From an uncultured Planctomycetota bacterium (lineage in GTDB: Bacteria > Planctomycetota > Planctomycetia > Isosphaerales > Isosphaeraceae): a DNA stretch of 64,000 nt. Every line of letters starts with the position of its first letter. Positions within the stretch are counted from its first letter, which is position 1. The translations under genes and the position numbers were made by a program. A model generated the notes under the pieces. The model was not told where the DNA came from. It made no database searches and saw only the letters and a program-made list of their open reading frames with translations. Below are positions 1-11,862 of this stretch, one piece after another. The DNA is taken from assembly GCA_963823665.1 (NCBI GenBank), contig CAWGMQ010000006.1, positions 1,312,001 to 1,376,000 of the forward strand, written 5' to 3'.

Positions 1-70
1 CGATGAAGAAACCAGCAACGGTCGTGCATGCGGACGTCGCCGAACACCGACTCATCAGGGAGCAGCAAGC

Positions 71-688
71 ATGACGGGACGCCGCCGAGCCGTGAGGATG
101 ATCTCGTTCGTGATGCTGATCGGCGTCCTGCGGCCGGCTCTGCCCGCATCGGCGACGCAGAAGCGTGCGCCGGAGCGGGAACTCAGGGTCGCCGGTATCA
201 TGTTCGACTTCGACCGGAAGAACAACTGGATGACCGTCAAGGCCGACGGCGAGGATGAGCCCGTCAAGTATCTCATCGATCCCGAGAACCGGAAGCTGGC
301 CGAGCGGCTGCAAACCGTCTTCAATGCCAGTCGGGTGAAATTGACCTACAAGGCAGAGGGCGACTCGCGGCGATTGGTCAGCATTCAGAGGCAAATCCTC
401 AAGGAATCGGGGACAGTGACCGGCGTTGTCGTGAATGTTCACAATGACTTCTGGATAGAGGTGAAGCCCAAAAAGGGCGTCGCCGATGCGTTCGCTCCCG
501 GTGCCAACTACAACGACGAGGCTTTCATGGCGAAACTCAAGGCGCTGCAACCGGGCGACTCGGTGACAATTCGATTCACGACCGACTTCGAGCGGCATCG
601 CATCCTGGCACTCAGGAAGAATCTCGCCCAGGCCAAACCCAGTCCCAAGGCGAAGCAGCAAAGTGGTCCCGTCAAGGAGAAAGACTGA
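71..688 (+). CDS. hypothetical exported protein
   Basis: 205-aa ORF with a signal-peptide-like N-terminus and two short beta-rich segments; no family recognised. Confidence 0.65.
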   Translation: MTGRRRAVRMISFVMLIGVLRPALPASATQKRAPERELRVAGIMFDFDRKNNWMTVKADGEDEPVKYLIDPENRKLAERLQTVFNASRVKLTYKAEGDSRRLVSIQRQILKESGTVTGVVVNVHNDFWIEVKPKKGVADAFAPGANYNDEAFMAKLKALQPGDSVTIRFTTDFERHRILALRKNLAQAKPSPKAKQQSGPVKEKD

Positions 689-1097
689 GGACTGTCTCCG
701 ACCCGGTACAAAGCCTGTTGGCGGTACCCAGATCTTCCGACTGATGCGACCATGACCCCATGTGGCAGTCTGGGGGAATGATCACAGGGCGTCGAGGAGT
801 CCGGATTGTCGCGTCGAGGGCCAGTGGCTCCGGATCGAGGCGAGGAGCAGAGAACGGAAGAGCGGCATCATCGGATCGGTAGCCACGGCCATCTCAGTGC
901 TTTGGATCCGTCGTCGAGAGCCGAGAAGATCCACGTCTTGCCACGAAATCGGTCTTGCACGGTGTTTACCTTGACGAATCCATCGACTCGCTGGAGCGAG
1001 TGCGATCGGAGGTCTGCGTTGTTTGAGCTGGTGCCGAATGATAAGCCGCGATCCGGTTTGGGCATATGCGGACGCCACGGAAGGGTTCTGCGGGCCC

Positions 1098-1125
1098 TTG
1101 ACATATTCCCACACGGGAATATAAT
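1098..1125 (+). promoter_or_regulatory. sigma70 promoter overlapped by a palindromic ArsR-type operator
   Basis: TTGACA (1098-1103) N16 TATAAT (1120-1125); perfect inverted repeat ATATTCCC-acac-GGGAATAT (1103-1122); ATG at 1132. Confidence 0.8.
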
Positions 1126-1131
1126 TGGCAC

Positions 1132-1503
1132 ATGCCTCGAGCAGCGACGACGACTGATGTATTCAACGCGATTGCCGAGCCCAGGCGGCGGGAGATCATC
1201 GACGTGCTCGCGCGCGGTCAGGAGCACGCCGTGGGCGAGCTCGTCGCGAAACTCCAGATCGCGCAGCCCGCGGTGTCGAAGCACCTTGCGGTGCTTCGCA
1301 AGGTGGGCATCGTGTCGGTGAGCAAGCGCGGTCAGCTCCGATTGTATCGACTCAATTCGGCCGGGCTGAAGCCCGTGTACGAATGGGCAAAGAGTTTTGA
1401 GAAGCTCTGGGCCCATCAGCTTGACCGAATCAAGGAGCGTGCGGAGCAACGAATGCGGGAACGACTTGATTCCACAGATCAACCGAAACCCAAGAAAGGA
1501 TAG
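1132..1503 (+). CDS. ArsR/SmtB family transcriptional regulator
   Basis: DVFNAIAEPRRREII...VSKHLAVLRKVGIVSVSKRGQLRLYRL winged-HTH motif. Confidence 0.92.
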   Translation: MPRAATTTDVFNAIAEPRRREIIDVLARGQEHAVGELVAKLQIAQPAVSKHLAVLRKVGIVSVSKRGQLRLYRLNSAGLKPVYEWAKSFEKLWAHQLDRIKERAEQRMRERLDSTDQPKPKKG

Positions 1504-1505
1504 TC

Positions 1506-1958
1506 ATGACACTCGAAACGAAGACGCCCGATGCGGTTCAGGCATTTGACATTCGCAACGAGATCGAGATCGCGGCTTCGATCGAAGTAACGTTCCAGGC
1601 GGTGCTCGACCAGCTTGGACCGAGTGGCGAGATGCCCGATGGCACGCCGTTTCCGTTCAAGCTCGAGGCGTGGCCCGGCGGCCGCTGGTACCGCGACCTG
1701 GGGAACAACGCGGGGCACCTTTGGGGCCACGTGCAGGTAATCAAGCCGCCAACGCTGCTGGAGATCGTGGGTCCGATGCCCATGTCGTACCCGGCGATCA
1801 ATCACGTGCAGTATCGGTTGAAGGCGGAAGGAAGCGGGACGCGGCTGACTTTACACCACCGCGCCATGGGTCTGATCACGCCGGAGCATCGCGACGGGAT
1901 GCCCAAGGGCTTTGAATTCTGGCTGCAGGCCATCAAGAAGCGTGCGGAGCGAAAGTGA
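1506..1958 (+). CDS. SRPBCC/AHSA1 domain protein
   Basis: IEIAASIEVTF...LEAWPGGRWYRD...GTRLTLHH; typical partner of ArsR genes. Confidence 0.88.
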   Translation: MTLETKTPDAVQAFDIRNEIEIAASIEVTFQAVLDQLGPSGEMPDGTPFPFKLEAWPGGRWYRDLGNNAGHLWGHVQVIKPPTLLEIVGPMPMSYPAINHVQYRLKAEGSGTRLTLHHRAMGLITPEHRDGMPKGFEFWLQAIKKRAERK

Positions 1959-1983
1959 AACGCCAAATGCGCGACGAGTGTGT

Positions 1984-3565
1984 CTAGTCCGCTGGCCCGA
2001 ACACTGCCGCTAGCAGGCTGCTCATCGCAAACTGGATCACTTCTCGTTCCAGCTTCATGGCCTCCCGTTCGGCCGGCGGAGCCTTTTCCTCGCATGTGTA
2101 TTCCCACGCGACGAAGACCTTCAGCTCTTCTTTGTCGTCAATTCGCTTGGTTTCGACACCATACTTGAATTTGAGCCGTGCGAGCCGGCGAATTGCGAGC
2201 AAAACGTCGGCAGTTGCCGGAAGCCAAGCTGTTTTCTTGCCGCGAACGTACGTGCGCAAGAGATACGGAAGTGCAAAGTTCGGCTCACAAGCGATCGCAC
2301 GATCAAAGCTGGATAGTGCGCGGTCGAGGTCTTGCCGGCTTATCAGCGTCAGCACTCCAGCGCAGATCGGCGTGCGCACGAACGCGGCTGAAGTTGCCCC
2401 ATCCGATCGATGTCAGCGAGCGCCCCGGTCGTATCCCCCTGTCGCCATCGGACGAGCGAACGTCGGAAGTAGGCATCGGCCTCGGCTGGTCTGAGTTTGA
2501 CTGCTTGGTCGTGATCGGCAAGAGCGAGGCTTAATTCACTTTTCTTGACGTAGACATCAGCTCGGTATTGGTAGCCACGGTGTTGCTTCGGGTGCCGCGA
2601 GATCAGAGTCGTGTAGTCGGAGATCGCACGTTCAAGTTCGCCCAGCTCCATGTAACAACGAGCACGCTTCCAGAGGATCGTAGATGGGGTCGGAATCGAG
2701 CCGTAAAGGCCGGCGGCGCGACCGAGATCTCGAAGTGCGTCATTGTACGCATTCATCTGCATCGACGCGGCGGCGCGATAGATATATGCGTCGTTCCATT
2801 GCGCCCCATGCGCAATTGCAAATGAGAGCTCATCGATTGCACCTTTCGCGTCCCCTTCCATGCCAGCGATCACCCCGCGGAATGCGCGTGCTGCCGGTTC
2901 GGCCGGTGCGAGCTCGAGAACTTCGGATACCGCGTTCTTTGCATCTGCGACAGATTCTGTATTGCCGGTCAGAATTCGCTCTAGAAGACAACTCGCCCGC
3001 TGTAACAGGACGTCGACGTTGTCGGGCTCGCGAGCGACAACATACGCGAGATCGTTGAGCGCGTCGTCATAGCGGTCCAGAGCCTGGAATACGCGGCGCG
3101 CATGCGCCGTGCGTCGCGGCTATCGGGATCGCACGTGAGCGCACTTTCGCATTCGGCCAGAGCCAACGTGTTCGCCCGGGCCCGGAGATGCGCACTTGCT
3201 CGCTGCATGTGTTCGAAGGCGCGACGGTCGGCGTCAACAAGCTCCCGGACGCGGTTTGAGCGAGCAGGTGTCGGTGCGTCAAAAATCAATTCGGCGCCGT
3301 CAACATCCAAAAAACGGGTACGTTGGGTAGGTCGTGGATCGTCCAGGAAGCCCGGGGGTGATCCACCGACGAGGTCCGGAATTACCGTTTCGCCGACTTG
3401 CGGTTTGCTGGGTTGGAAGTCCGGAGGCGCAGGTACAAGATCCTGTCCGTGCGCGTTCGAGGCAGCCGCATTGCTGAAGATCGCTGCCGCTAGCACCGCC
3501 TGTCGGACGACGGATACCGCGGACTTCAGGGAGCACCATTCCCAACGAGACACAAACTGTGCCAT
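1984..3565 (-). CDS. TPR-repeat protein (split by two frameshifts, ~3075 and ~2390)
   Basis: TPR motifs in successive ORFs 2981-3565, 2349-2873 and 1984-2379 (e.g. AISDYTTLISRHP, ALADHDQAVKLRP). Confidence 0.75.
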
Positions 3566-3836
3566 TGTTCACCCCCGATGCGGGATCGGTCGCGAGATCT
3601 TCTAACAAATTGCCGGTATTTCACAAGCTCGGTGTATTGAAACGGTTACGAAACGAGAGCTCGTCATATTGTCATCGACAGTTTAGTGAAAACCGCAGAC
3701 GGCCCAGAATCGTCCTTGTCGCATCGCCAGGCGTTGGGACGGCCGATGCTATTGACCCTCCTTCGGCTAGCCGTGTGTGAGCCGTTATGATAAATCGAGC
3801 GAACGGACATCGGCCCTCTGCTCAAACGAGGCCGGC

Positions 3837-4905
3837 ATGAACGATCAAGCCAAACCTGTCCCGCGTCTCCGGCGAAGATTCCTGCGCTTTAGCGTGAGGG
3901 GGATGATTGTCCTTGTGCTCTTGATCGGGGGTGGGCTCGGATGGCTTGTCCGGTGTGCGCATTCGCAACGGGATGCCGTTGCGGCGATCCGAGCGGCCAG
4001 TGGCGCGGTCCAGTACGAGTGGGAATGGAAGAATGGGAAGGCGATCGACGCAGGAAGTCCGCCGACACCGAAATCGCTAATCGAACTGCTGGGAATCGAC
4101 TTCTTCGGTGACGTCACAACCGTGAGGCTCAACTACGCGACAATTTTGGGCCTCAATCACACGAAGGTCGATGCAGCGATCATGCGCGTCGGACTTCTGC
4201 CACGGTTGGAGAAGCTTGACCTCGAGGCCTCGACTATTGACGATGCGAAGCTGGCGAACGTGCAAGGGCTGACGGGCCTGGTGGAACTCAACTTGGTCAA
4301 CACGCGCGTCACCGATACGGGCTTGGCGCATCTGAGGCATCTGACCAAGCTCTCGAAGCTCCGTCTCGCCGGTAGTGACGTCAGGGACGCCGGACTGGCA
4401 CATCTCGGGAATCTAACCAATCTTTCAGCGCTCGGACTCCAGCTCACAAAGGTTCTCCGACGCTGGTCTTGCGCATTTGGAGAAGTTGACAAATCTCGAG
4501 GATCTTGACCTGTGGGACACCAAGGTTACCGGCTCTGGACTGGTGTACTTGAGGAAGCTGACCAAACTCTCGAAACTCAACCTCGGCCTTAGTCAAGTGT
4601 CCGACGCCGGCCTCGAGCATCTGAACGGTCTGAATCGGCTCTCAGAACTTGACCTTTCCTTCACTCAGGTCACCGACGCCGGTTTGGTTCATCTGGAAGG
4701 ATTGAGCAATCTCTCCGAACTCAAGCTCATCGGCACGAAAGTCGGCGACTCCGGGCTGAAGCATCTGGCGGGTCTGACGAACCTCGCTAAACTGGACCTG
4801 CGCGACACTCGGGTCACCGACGCGGGTTTGCCGCATCTGCAGAATCTTCCCAAGCTCCGGTACCTGCGCGTTGAAGGCTCAGATGTCACCGACCGCGGCA
4901 GATGA
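3837..4905 (+). CDS. membrane-anchored leucine-rich repeat protein (frameshift ~4455)
   Basis: RRFLRFSVRG-TM N-terminus followed by 24-aa LRRs (LxxLxLxxTxVTDAGLxHL). Confidence 0.85.
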
Positions 4906-5270
4906 ACTCAAGCAAGCTCGGCCGAGTCCGGTTGGTGGTCTGGACACGGGTCGTCGACCTGGGACGAGACGCAGACCACGCGGAGCGTCGCCCCCGGAAC
5001 GATCTCGTCGGACGGCGAAAGGATCACAGCGGAGTGCGGCTTGATGTTTTGAGGTCCTCGACCAACTCTGAGAGCTCGTCGTGCTCAATAACAAGACGGG
5101 GCTGCTCGGGAACCAAGGCCCGAAATCGACCACCTTGCGTACGGTCGATCGTGATCGTCAGCGACATGCCTCAACTCCGAATCAGCCAGTCGACCGATAT
5201 CCACTCAGTCTGTGGTAACCAAGTTCCTGGTCAGCCGGCGTCCCAATGACGGGAGGGGCGGAAAAGGAGC

Positions 5271-5321
5271 GGAGGCAGACGCCCACCACTCGGGTGTCTG
5301 GCTCCTTGGGTGTCTGGCTCC
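5271..5321. repeat. REP-like cluster GGGTGTCTGGCTCC x2 plus one inverted copy
   Basis: GGAGGCAGACGCCC (5271-5284) is a near reverse complement of GGGTGTCTGGCTCC at 5292 and 5308. Confidence 0.6.
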
Positions 5322-5661
5322 TCTGTAATCCCCTGACAAAGCGCGGGGGGACTTTGAGCGGAGTCGTCTTGCCGAGACGCTGGCATAGACTCTCGGAGAC
5401 CTGTTTTTGGAGCGAAGCGCTTCCGATTGCAACCGAGCAAGAGACAACGATCTTCGTAAAACCCTCGGGACATGGTATTGTCGGAGAGTGGCTCTGGCTG
5501 CGGGTACGAATGTTTGGCGATCACCAGAAGGGGACGTTCCAAGCGTCCGATGTGTAAAGGGTGAATATGCCCCGCGGATCAACGAACACTTGACCGTCGA
5601 ATAACGACTTACGTCAGATCCGATGTGAAGAGTTCGGACTAGAACTCAACTCTTACACTGG

Positions 5662-6218
5662 ATGTCCATCCGGGTTCACATGGAATCACGGCAGCCCCAA
5701 TCCGCTTGGAACTCGATCTCCCGACGGAGCTGGCTCTTGGGTGCTCTGGCCGGGTGGGCCTCTGCATCAGTCAAGGCCGAAGGGAACGACGTCCTCGACG
5801 CCATTCGCACCCGAGGCAGGAACGCCGGACTCGGGGCATTCGGCATCAACAAGTCGGATCACTTCTCCGTTATCGGTGATGCACCCGAGGTCAGGTCAAT
5901 CGTTACTGGTTGGAGGTTTTCGCGCTGGATCGCGGCAGGATCAAGAATTGGGTGCCCATCCCGAAGCTGATAGTTGACGACGATTTATTCGATAAGGAAC
6001 AGACGAGAAACATCGCGTACGCTGAGAGTTGGGCGACCGTCAAAGTGCTGCTCAGTACCAAGGCCAGGCTCCCCACATTTCGCCGTTACCTGGAGACCAT
6101 CCGTTTGCGGCGCGTACCTGCTGAGCGGCTCAAGGATGTCAGGGACACGTTAGGAGATCTCGATGAGCTAGACAGGGAGGTCAAGCATTACGCGGAAACG
6201 ATGATCAGGAAGCTGTAG
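5662..6218 (+). pseudogene. internally deleted planctomycete DUF1570-like protein
   Basis: Tat-like SRRSWL start, SDHFSVIGDAP, then AYAESWA motif in another frame; the middle appears to be missing. Confidence 0.45.
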
Positions 6219-6374
6219 CGTGCGAAGCATCGTTGGCGAGGGGACTTCCGCGCGGGACGGTGTTAGCTAACACGGATGGCGATCCAGATTCGACGGTCGA
6301 TTCATCGATGAGGAGAACTTCCCTGCAAAAGGCGGGATTCTGACTCTGCTGCCCGACCTTGGGGCTGAACTCGT

Positions 6375-7246
6375 ATGTCCACCACCTTTGCCAAACCCGT
6401 CTCGCGTCCCTGGCGAAGATTCTTGCGCTTCAGCGTGCGCGGGCTGATCATCGTCGTGCTTGTGATTGGCGTTTGGCTCGCCTGGATTGTAAGGTGTGCG
6501 CGTATTCAGCGCGAGGCGGTGGCGGCGCTTCAGACCGCGGGAGGCACGGTGCATTACAACGGGGAGCGGCGCGTCCCGTGGGACGGGCCGGACGAATTTA
6601 CGATTTATGGCGCACGGCCGATGGCTCCGCCGTGGCTGATCGATCTCGTTGGCATCGACTATTTCTGCCACGTCAGCGCTGTCGAGCTCTACAGGCCGAA
6701 GTTGGCGACGAACGCAACCCTCGGTCGAATCGCTTGTATGACTCAACTTCTGGAGCTGCATATCTCCGGAGCGAGCAGGATCTATACAAGGGCGAGGCAC
6801 AGCAAAGGGTGGACCGAACTCGATACGATGAACCTCAAGCATTCGCAAATCACCGACATCGGCATGGAACATCTGAAGCGGCTGACCATGCTCTCAAAGC
6901 TTGATCTGAGCAACACCCAAATCTCCGATGTCGGACTGGCACATCTGAAAGCGCTTACTGAACTTACTTTTCTCGATTTCAGCGATAACGAAATCACCGA
7001 CTCGGGCCTGGCACGTCTTAAGCCACTGTCGAGCTCTCCGAGCTCCGGCTCAACGGCACCAAGGTCACCGACGCCGGGCTGAAGCATCTGACGGGGCTTA
7101 CCAATCTCGCGGAACTCGATGTCAGCGGCACTCAAGTCACCGTCGCCGGGGTAGAAGGACTTCAGCAAGCCTTGCCGAACTTGAAGGTCATCCGTTACCC
7201 CAACTTTTTCCCCGCTGTTATCCATGCCCGCCCGGCTCGTGACTGA
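6375..7246 (+). CDS. membrane-anchored LRR protein (frameshift ~7030)
   Basis: RPWRRFLRFSVRG-TM N-terminus and LRRs; paralog of 3837-4905. Confidence 0.85.
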
Positions 7247-8042
7247 CGATTGCACCCGCGCGAGTTGAGCCCAGAGCCGAGCGGCCATCGACCGGCGTTG
7301 CCGAACTGGCTACATGTGTGGCTAGCCGGTGGGGTTCGACGATGGAAACCGAGCGAGCGAAGCGGCTGGCGGAATTTGTCGCTAGGGTTGGTGCGAACAT
7401 CCAAGGCGATGAGAAGGAAAGCCAGCCACGGATCGCTTGAACCCGCCAAAACGCTGGGTGTCTTTGCGTCAGGAAAAGCTCGAGAAAGGAGGAAGTGCCT
7501 CGAAACACAGAAACCTTTCATCGCGACCCTGCGGGTTAACGAATCCCGCCCGGCAGAGCCTGGCCGGCAGCCGGAAGCAAGTCTTGCGTGGGGAGGGGTG
7601 ACCCTCACTGCGAAGCGTAGACAGCGAGTCTCCATGCCATGCTATCGAGCCCCGAAATACTCATCGTGGGAGCCTCCGTTGTAGACACAAGCGGGGGCCG
7701 TGTCGACACGCCGCAATGGCCTGGCGTGTTCGGTCCTGCCGGGGTCCAAGAACATGGCGCAGGGACGCGAGGGTTGCTCGGGAACCTGAGAGCCCCATCC
7801 GTCTCCACTGACATTTCCGGCTCGGGATCCGGAATACCAACTCCCCGGCCCACGACCTCGCGTCGGGTCGCTGGGAGCGAACAGGACGCAAGGGTGGTAT
7901 CGCCACACGAAGGCAACGAAGTGCGGCGAAAGGGGCGGATGGGAGTCGGAGCGTCTCGTAGTACCGTTGAAGCCGGGGAACCACTCCGAGGGACCCGGTG
8001 GAGGGAAGGAGACGCCATGTCACACAACCGTTGGAGGGAAAC

Positions 8043-9395
8043 ATGGCGGGTGCATCGGAACCCGTGGACGTGTCCACGAAACAACAACGGATAGCGGAAC
8101 TCGCTCGGCGAAGCCCGGAGATGGGATTCACATCCCTGGGGCACTTCATCGACCTCGATTGGCTGCTCACAGCTTACTACCGGACCCGCCAAGACGGGGC
8201 GGTGGGCGTAGACGGACAAGATGGCGAGGCCTACGCAGCGAACCTGGTCCCGAACCTACGGTCGCTGCTGGAACGAGCCAAGTCCGGTACGTACCACGCA
8301 CCGCCTGTGCGGCGAGTGCATATCCCCAAGGCAGGCTCAGCGACCGAAACCCGGCCACTGGGAATCCCGACCTTCGAGGATAAAGTGCTCCAGCGTGCTG
8401 TCGTGATGGTTCTGGAGGCGATATACGAGCAGGACTTCAAGAACTGCTCGCATGGCTTCCGGCCCGAGCGATCGGCACACACTGCGTTAGAGAGCCTGTG
8501 GCAACAGACGATGAACATGAAGGGCGGATGGGTAGTGGATGTGGACATTCGTAAGTTCTTTGACACGATTGACCACGGCCATCTACGCGACTTCCTCAAG
8601 CGTCGGGTGCGAGACGGAGTGCTGCTCCGGCTCATCGGCAAATGGCTCAATGCGGGCGTCTTCGAGAACGGGTGCGTTACGCACCCCGAAATGGGGTCGC
8701 CACAAGGGGGTGTGATCAGCCCGATCCTTTCGAATATCTTCCTGCACTACGTGCTGGACGAGTGGTTCGAGCGGGAGGTTCAGCCTCGGATGATGGGCAG
8801 ATCGTTCTTGATCCGCTATGCGGACGACTTCGTCATGGTCTTCTCATGCGAGTCCGACGCACGGCGTGTGATGAATGTGTTGCCCAAACGCTTTGAGAAG
8901 TACGGCTTGACCATCCACCCGGACAAGACGCGGCTGGTGCCGTTCGAGCGGCCATCGGACCGTCCCAAACCGGAAGGCAGACCCACACGAACTCCACCAG
9001 GGACTTTCGACCTGCTGGCGTTCACCCATTACTGGGGTCGCTCCCGGCAGGGTCGCTGGGTGGTGAAGCGCAAGACGTCCAAAAGTCGATTTCGCCGCAG
9101 CCTGCGAACGTTGGCGGATTGGTGTCGCAAAAATCGCCATCAACCGCTCAAGGTGCAGCACCGGATACTAGGTCAGAAACTGCTAGGCCACTATGCCTAC
9201 TACGGAATCACCGGCAACTCCAAAATGTTGTCACGGTTTCGCAGTGGTGCCACCTGGCTCTGGCAGCACTGGCTGTCGCGCCGCGGGCGCGGCCGTCGGA
9301 TGACGTGGGATCGGTTCGCTCGTTTCCTGAAGCATAAACCGCTTCCGGCAGCGATCGCGATCCACTCGGTATGCCGTCTCGTAGCGAACAAGTGA
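8043..9395 (+). CDS. ltrA: group II intron reverse transcriptase/maturase, no HNH domain
   Basis: GVDG, RPLGIPTFEDK, GSPQGGVISP, RYADDF, maturase domain X; GGAGGG RBS before ATG 8043. Confidence 0.93.
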   Translation: MAGASEPVDVSTKQQRIAELARRSPEMGFTSLGHFIDLDWLLTAYYRTRQDGAVGVDGQDGEAYAANLVPNLRSLLERAKSGTYHAPPVRRVHIPKAGSATETRPLGIPTFEDKVLQRAVVMVLEAIYEQDFKNCSHGFRPERSAHTALESLWQQTMNMKGGWVVDVDIRKFFDTIDHGHLRDFLKRRVRDGVLLRLIGKWLNAGVFENGCVTHPEMGSPQGGVISPILSNIFLHYVLDEWFEREVQPRMMGRSFLIRYADDFVMVFSCESDARRVMNVLPKRFEKYGLTIHPDKTRLVPFERPSDRPKPEGRPTRTPPGTFDLLAFTHYWGRSRQGRWVVKRKTSKSRFRRSLRTLADWCRKNRHQPLKVQHRILGQKLLGHYAYYGITGNSKMLSRFRSGATWLWQHWLSRRGRGRRMTWDRFARFLKHKPLPAAIAIHSVCRLVANK

Positions 9396-9442
9396 CATGA
9401 CGAGCCGGGTGCCTGAATTGGGCAAGCCCGGATCTGTGGGAG

Positions 9443-11862
9443 TCGCGAAACGAAGCTGCGGATGAGTCTGTTATGACTGGATTTGCAACCAGGACATAAC
9501 CCGATGTACGACCACCGGAACCCTACCAGGACGTGCGGCCGGAGCAATCCGACCGTGCGAAGCTCTTGGGACAACGTAACCTCACCTTCGGGTGGTTGGA
9601 TATCCCGTGAGGGAATCCGGCGACTGCGAACGCCAATGCGGTCGGGGGCCAGGGGTGGATGGCATGGCTAATCCAGGTGAACTGCCGATAAACGTCGTGA
9701 GATCCAACAAGCCAAAGGCGCTGAGAGGCTTGAACCAAAAAGGTACGTGGCCAGGTACAGTGGGATTTCCCATCCCCTGTCGTCGTCATCCGAGCCACCG
9801 GCGGAGAGGCAGAGCCTAAACCATCCGTGATTCATCCGTGGAACGTGGTAAGCCCGTCGCCCTCCCTTCGGGGTAGGACCGTCGTAAGGCGTCGCCGATG
9901 GGGCGGCGGGTGGAGGATGAGGGAGCAAGCCAATGCCGTTCGGTAGTCGATCGGATAGAGGGTGAGTCCTCCCACGGACGACATCCCCTCACCGCGAAAG
10001 CGGTGCCGACTTCCCTCAGGTGTTCCGTCACGAGAGAACCTTGGCCAACCGACTCAGGGAGACAAGCAGATATGTCGGCGGCAGAAATGCTTGCTGGTGC
10101 GGCTCCCGAGCTTACGCCCGACTGGCACTCCATCGAATGGAAGAAAGTCTGGCGCACAGTCCGTCGGCTCCAGGCGCGTATCGTGAAGGCTGTTGCGGAG
10201 GGCAGATGGAATAAGGTCAAGGCTCTGGTTTATCTGCTCACGCACTCGTTCAGTGGCCGGGCCCTGGCCATTTTGCGAGTCATCAGTAATTCGGGTGCGA
10301 AGACTCCCGGTGTGGACGGAGTTCTCTGGAACACACCGGAAGCCAAGTCGGCTGCTTTCAGCACTCTGCGTCGGCACGGTTACCAACCGCAACCGCTCCG
10401 CCGGGTGTACATTCCCAAAAGCAACGGCAAGCGACGTCCTCTCGGAATTCCCACCATGTCAGATCGAGCCATGCAGGCATTATACTTGCTAGGCCTCGAT
10501 CCCATTGCGGAATCTCGAGCCGACGGCCATTCCTATGGCTTTCGGCTGGAACGTCGTTGTGCCGACGCCCTGGAACAATCTCATATTGTCTTGGGTAATC
10601 GGAGCGGTCCAGCATGGATTCTCGAAGGGGACATCAAAGCTTGCTTTGATCGCATCAGTCATGACTGGCTCTTGACGCACGTCCCCATGGACCGGCAGTT
10701 GCTCGGGCAATGGCTGAAAGTGGGTTTCCTGGAGAAGCACGCCTGGTTCGCCACCACGGAAGGAACACCTCAAGGCGGGATCATTTCACCCGTCCTGGCG
10801 AATTGGACTCTGGATGGACTGCAACGGCTGTTGGCGGAACAGTTCGCCGAGAAGCACGGGCGACAACGGAAGTTTAAAGTCCACCTGGTCCGCTATGCGG
10901 ATGACTTCTTGATCACGGGCATCTCAAAGGAACTCCTCCGTGACCAAGTGCAACCTCTCGTGGCTCATTTCTTGAAGGAACGCGGCTTGGAACTTTCCCA
11001 CGAGAAAACCCAGATCACGCATGTGGAGGATGGCTTCGATTTCTTGGGGCAGAATGTGCGACGCTATCGCTGCGGCAAGGTGTTCACCAAGCCGTCCTTG
11101 CGAAACGTGAAGACGTTCTTGAACAAGATACAGGAAACGATCGACGGCTCGGGCAGCCTAACGGCAGGAGAGATGATCTGGCGTTTGAATCAGCAGATCA
11201 AGGGCTGGACCATGTACCACCGTTACGCGGCGAGCAAGCGCACTTTTACGTACGTGGATCACCGGATTTTCCAGAAATTGTGGCGTTGGTGTCGACGACG
11301 GCACCAGAACAAAGGCCGGAGGTGGATCAAGGAGAAATACTTCCAGCAAGACGGTTACCGCCACTGGGTCTTCACCGGTACGCTGTTTGACCAGAAAGGC
11401 CAAGGCCGGCCGATCCAGTTGATGGAAGCAGCCAAAGTGAAGATCATTCGTTATGTGAAGATCCGGAGCGACGTGAATCCCTACGATCCGAAGTGGGAAC
11501 TGTACCTGGAAGCACGACTGGGTTGGCAACTGAGCCAAACGCTGGCAGGTCGGGGTCGGATCGAATACTTATGGAAGGAACAAGAGGGACGATGCGTGGT
11601 CTGTGGTCAACCGCTGCGGATCGCAGAGGAAGACTTGCATCTCCACCATCGCATCTGGCGCAGCCGGGGCGGTTCTGGCACAGCCGACAACCTGGAGTTG
11701 TTGCATGCCAACTGTCATCGGCAGATCCATGTCCAAGAACGACTGACGAAAGCGGCCGCGTCCTGCGAGGGGCGTTCGTGAAGGCTTGAGCTGCATGAAG
11801 GGAAACTTTCACGTGCAGTTCTGAGGGGAGGGGGTGGCGGTAACGTCACCTCCTTACCCGGC
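9443..11862 (+). mobile_element. group II intron B (inner; chloroplast-like class, HNH-bearing) nested in intron A (twintron)
   Basis: 5' TCGCG; DV GAGCTGCATGAAGGGAAACTTTCACGTGCAGTTC 11788-11821; DVI ending TTACCCGGC; removing it restores GTGGGAG|CCTTGGGGGA-GCGA-TCCCCCAAGG of intron A; EBS1 9767-9772 and EBS2 9700-9705 pair with the 5' flank. Confidence 0.9.
10072..11781 (+). CDS. ltrA: group II intron RT/maturase with C-terminal HNH endonuclease
   Basis: WHSIEW...[11 protein letters not shown] (RVT_N), [16 protein letters not shown], CxxC...HLHH...NL..LH..CH HNH. Confidence 0.95.
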   Translation: MSAAEMLAGAAPELTPDWHSIEWKKVWRTVRRLQARIVKAVAEGRWNKVKALVYLLTHSFSGRALAILRVISNSGAKTPGVDGVLWNTPEAKSAAFSTLRRHGYQPQPLRRVYIPKSNGKRRPLGIPTMSDRAMQALYLLGLDPIAESRADGHSYGFRLERRCADALEQSHIVLGNRSGPAWILEGDIKACFDRISHDWLLTHVPMDRQLLGQWLKVGFLEKHAWFATTEGTPQGGIISPVLANWTLDGLQRLLAEQFAEKHGRQRKFKVHLVRYADDFLITGISKELLRDQVQPLVAHFLKERGLELSHEKTQITHVEDGFDFLGQNVRRYRCGKVFTKPSLRNVKTFLNKIQETIDGSGSLTAGEMIWRLNQQIKGWTMYHRYAASKRTFTYVDHRIFQKLWRWCRRRHQNKGRRWIKEKYFQQDGYRHWVFTGTLFDQKGQGRPIQLMEAAKVKIIRYVKIRSDVNPYDPKWELYLEARLGWQLSQTLAGRGRIEYLWKEQEGRCVVCGQPLRIAEEDLHLHHRIWRSRGGSGTADNLELLHANCHRQIHVQERLTKAAASCEGRS

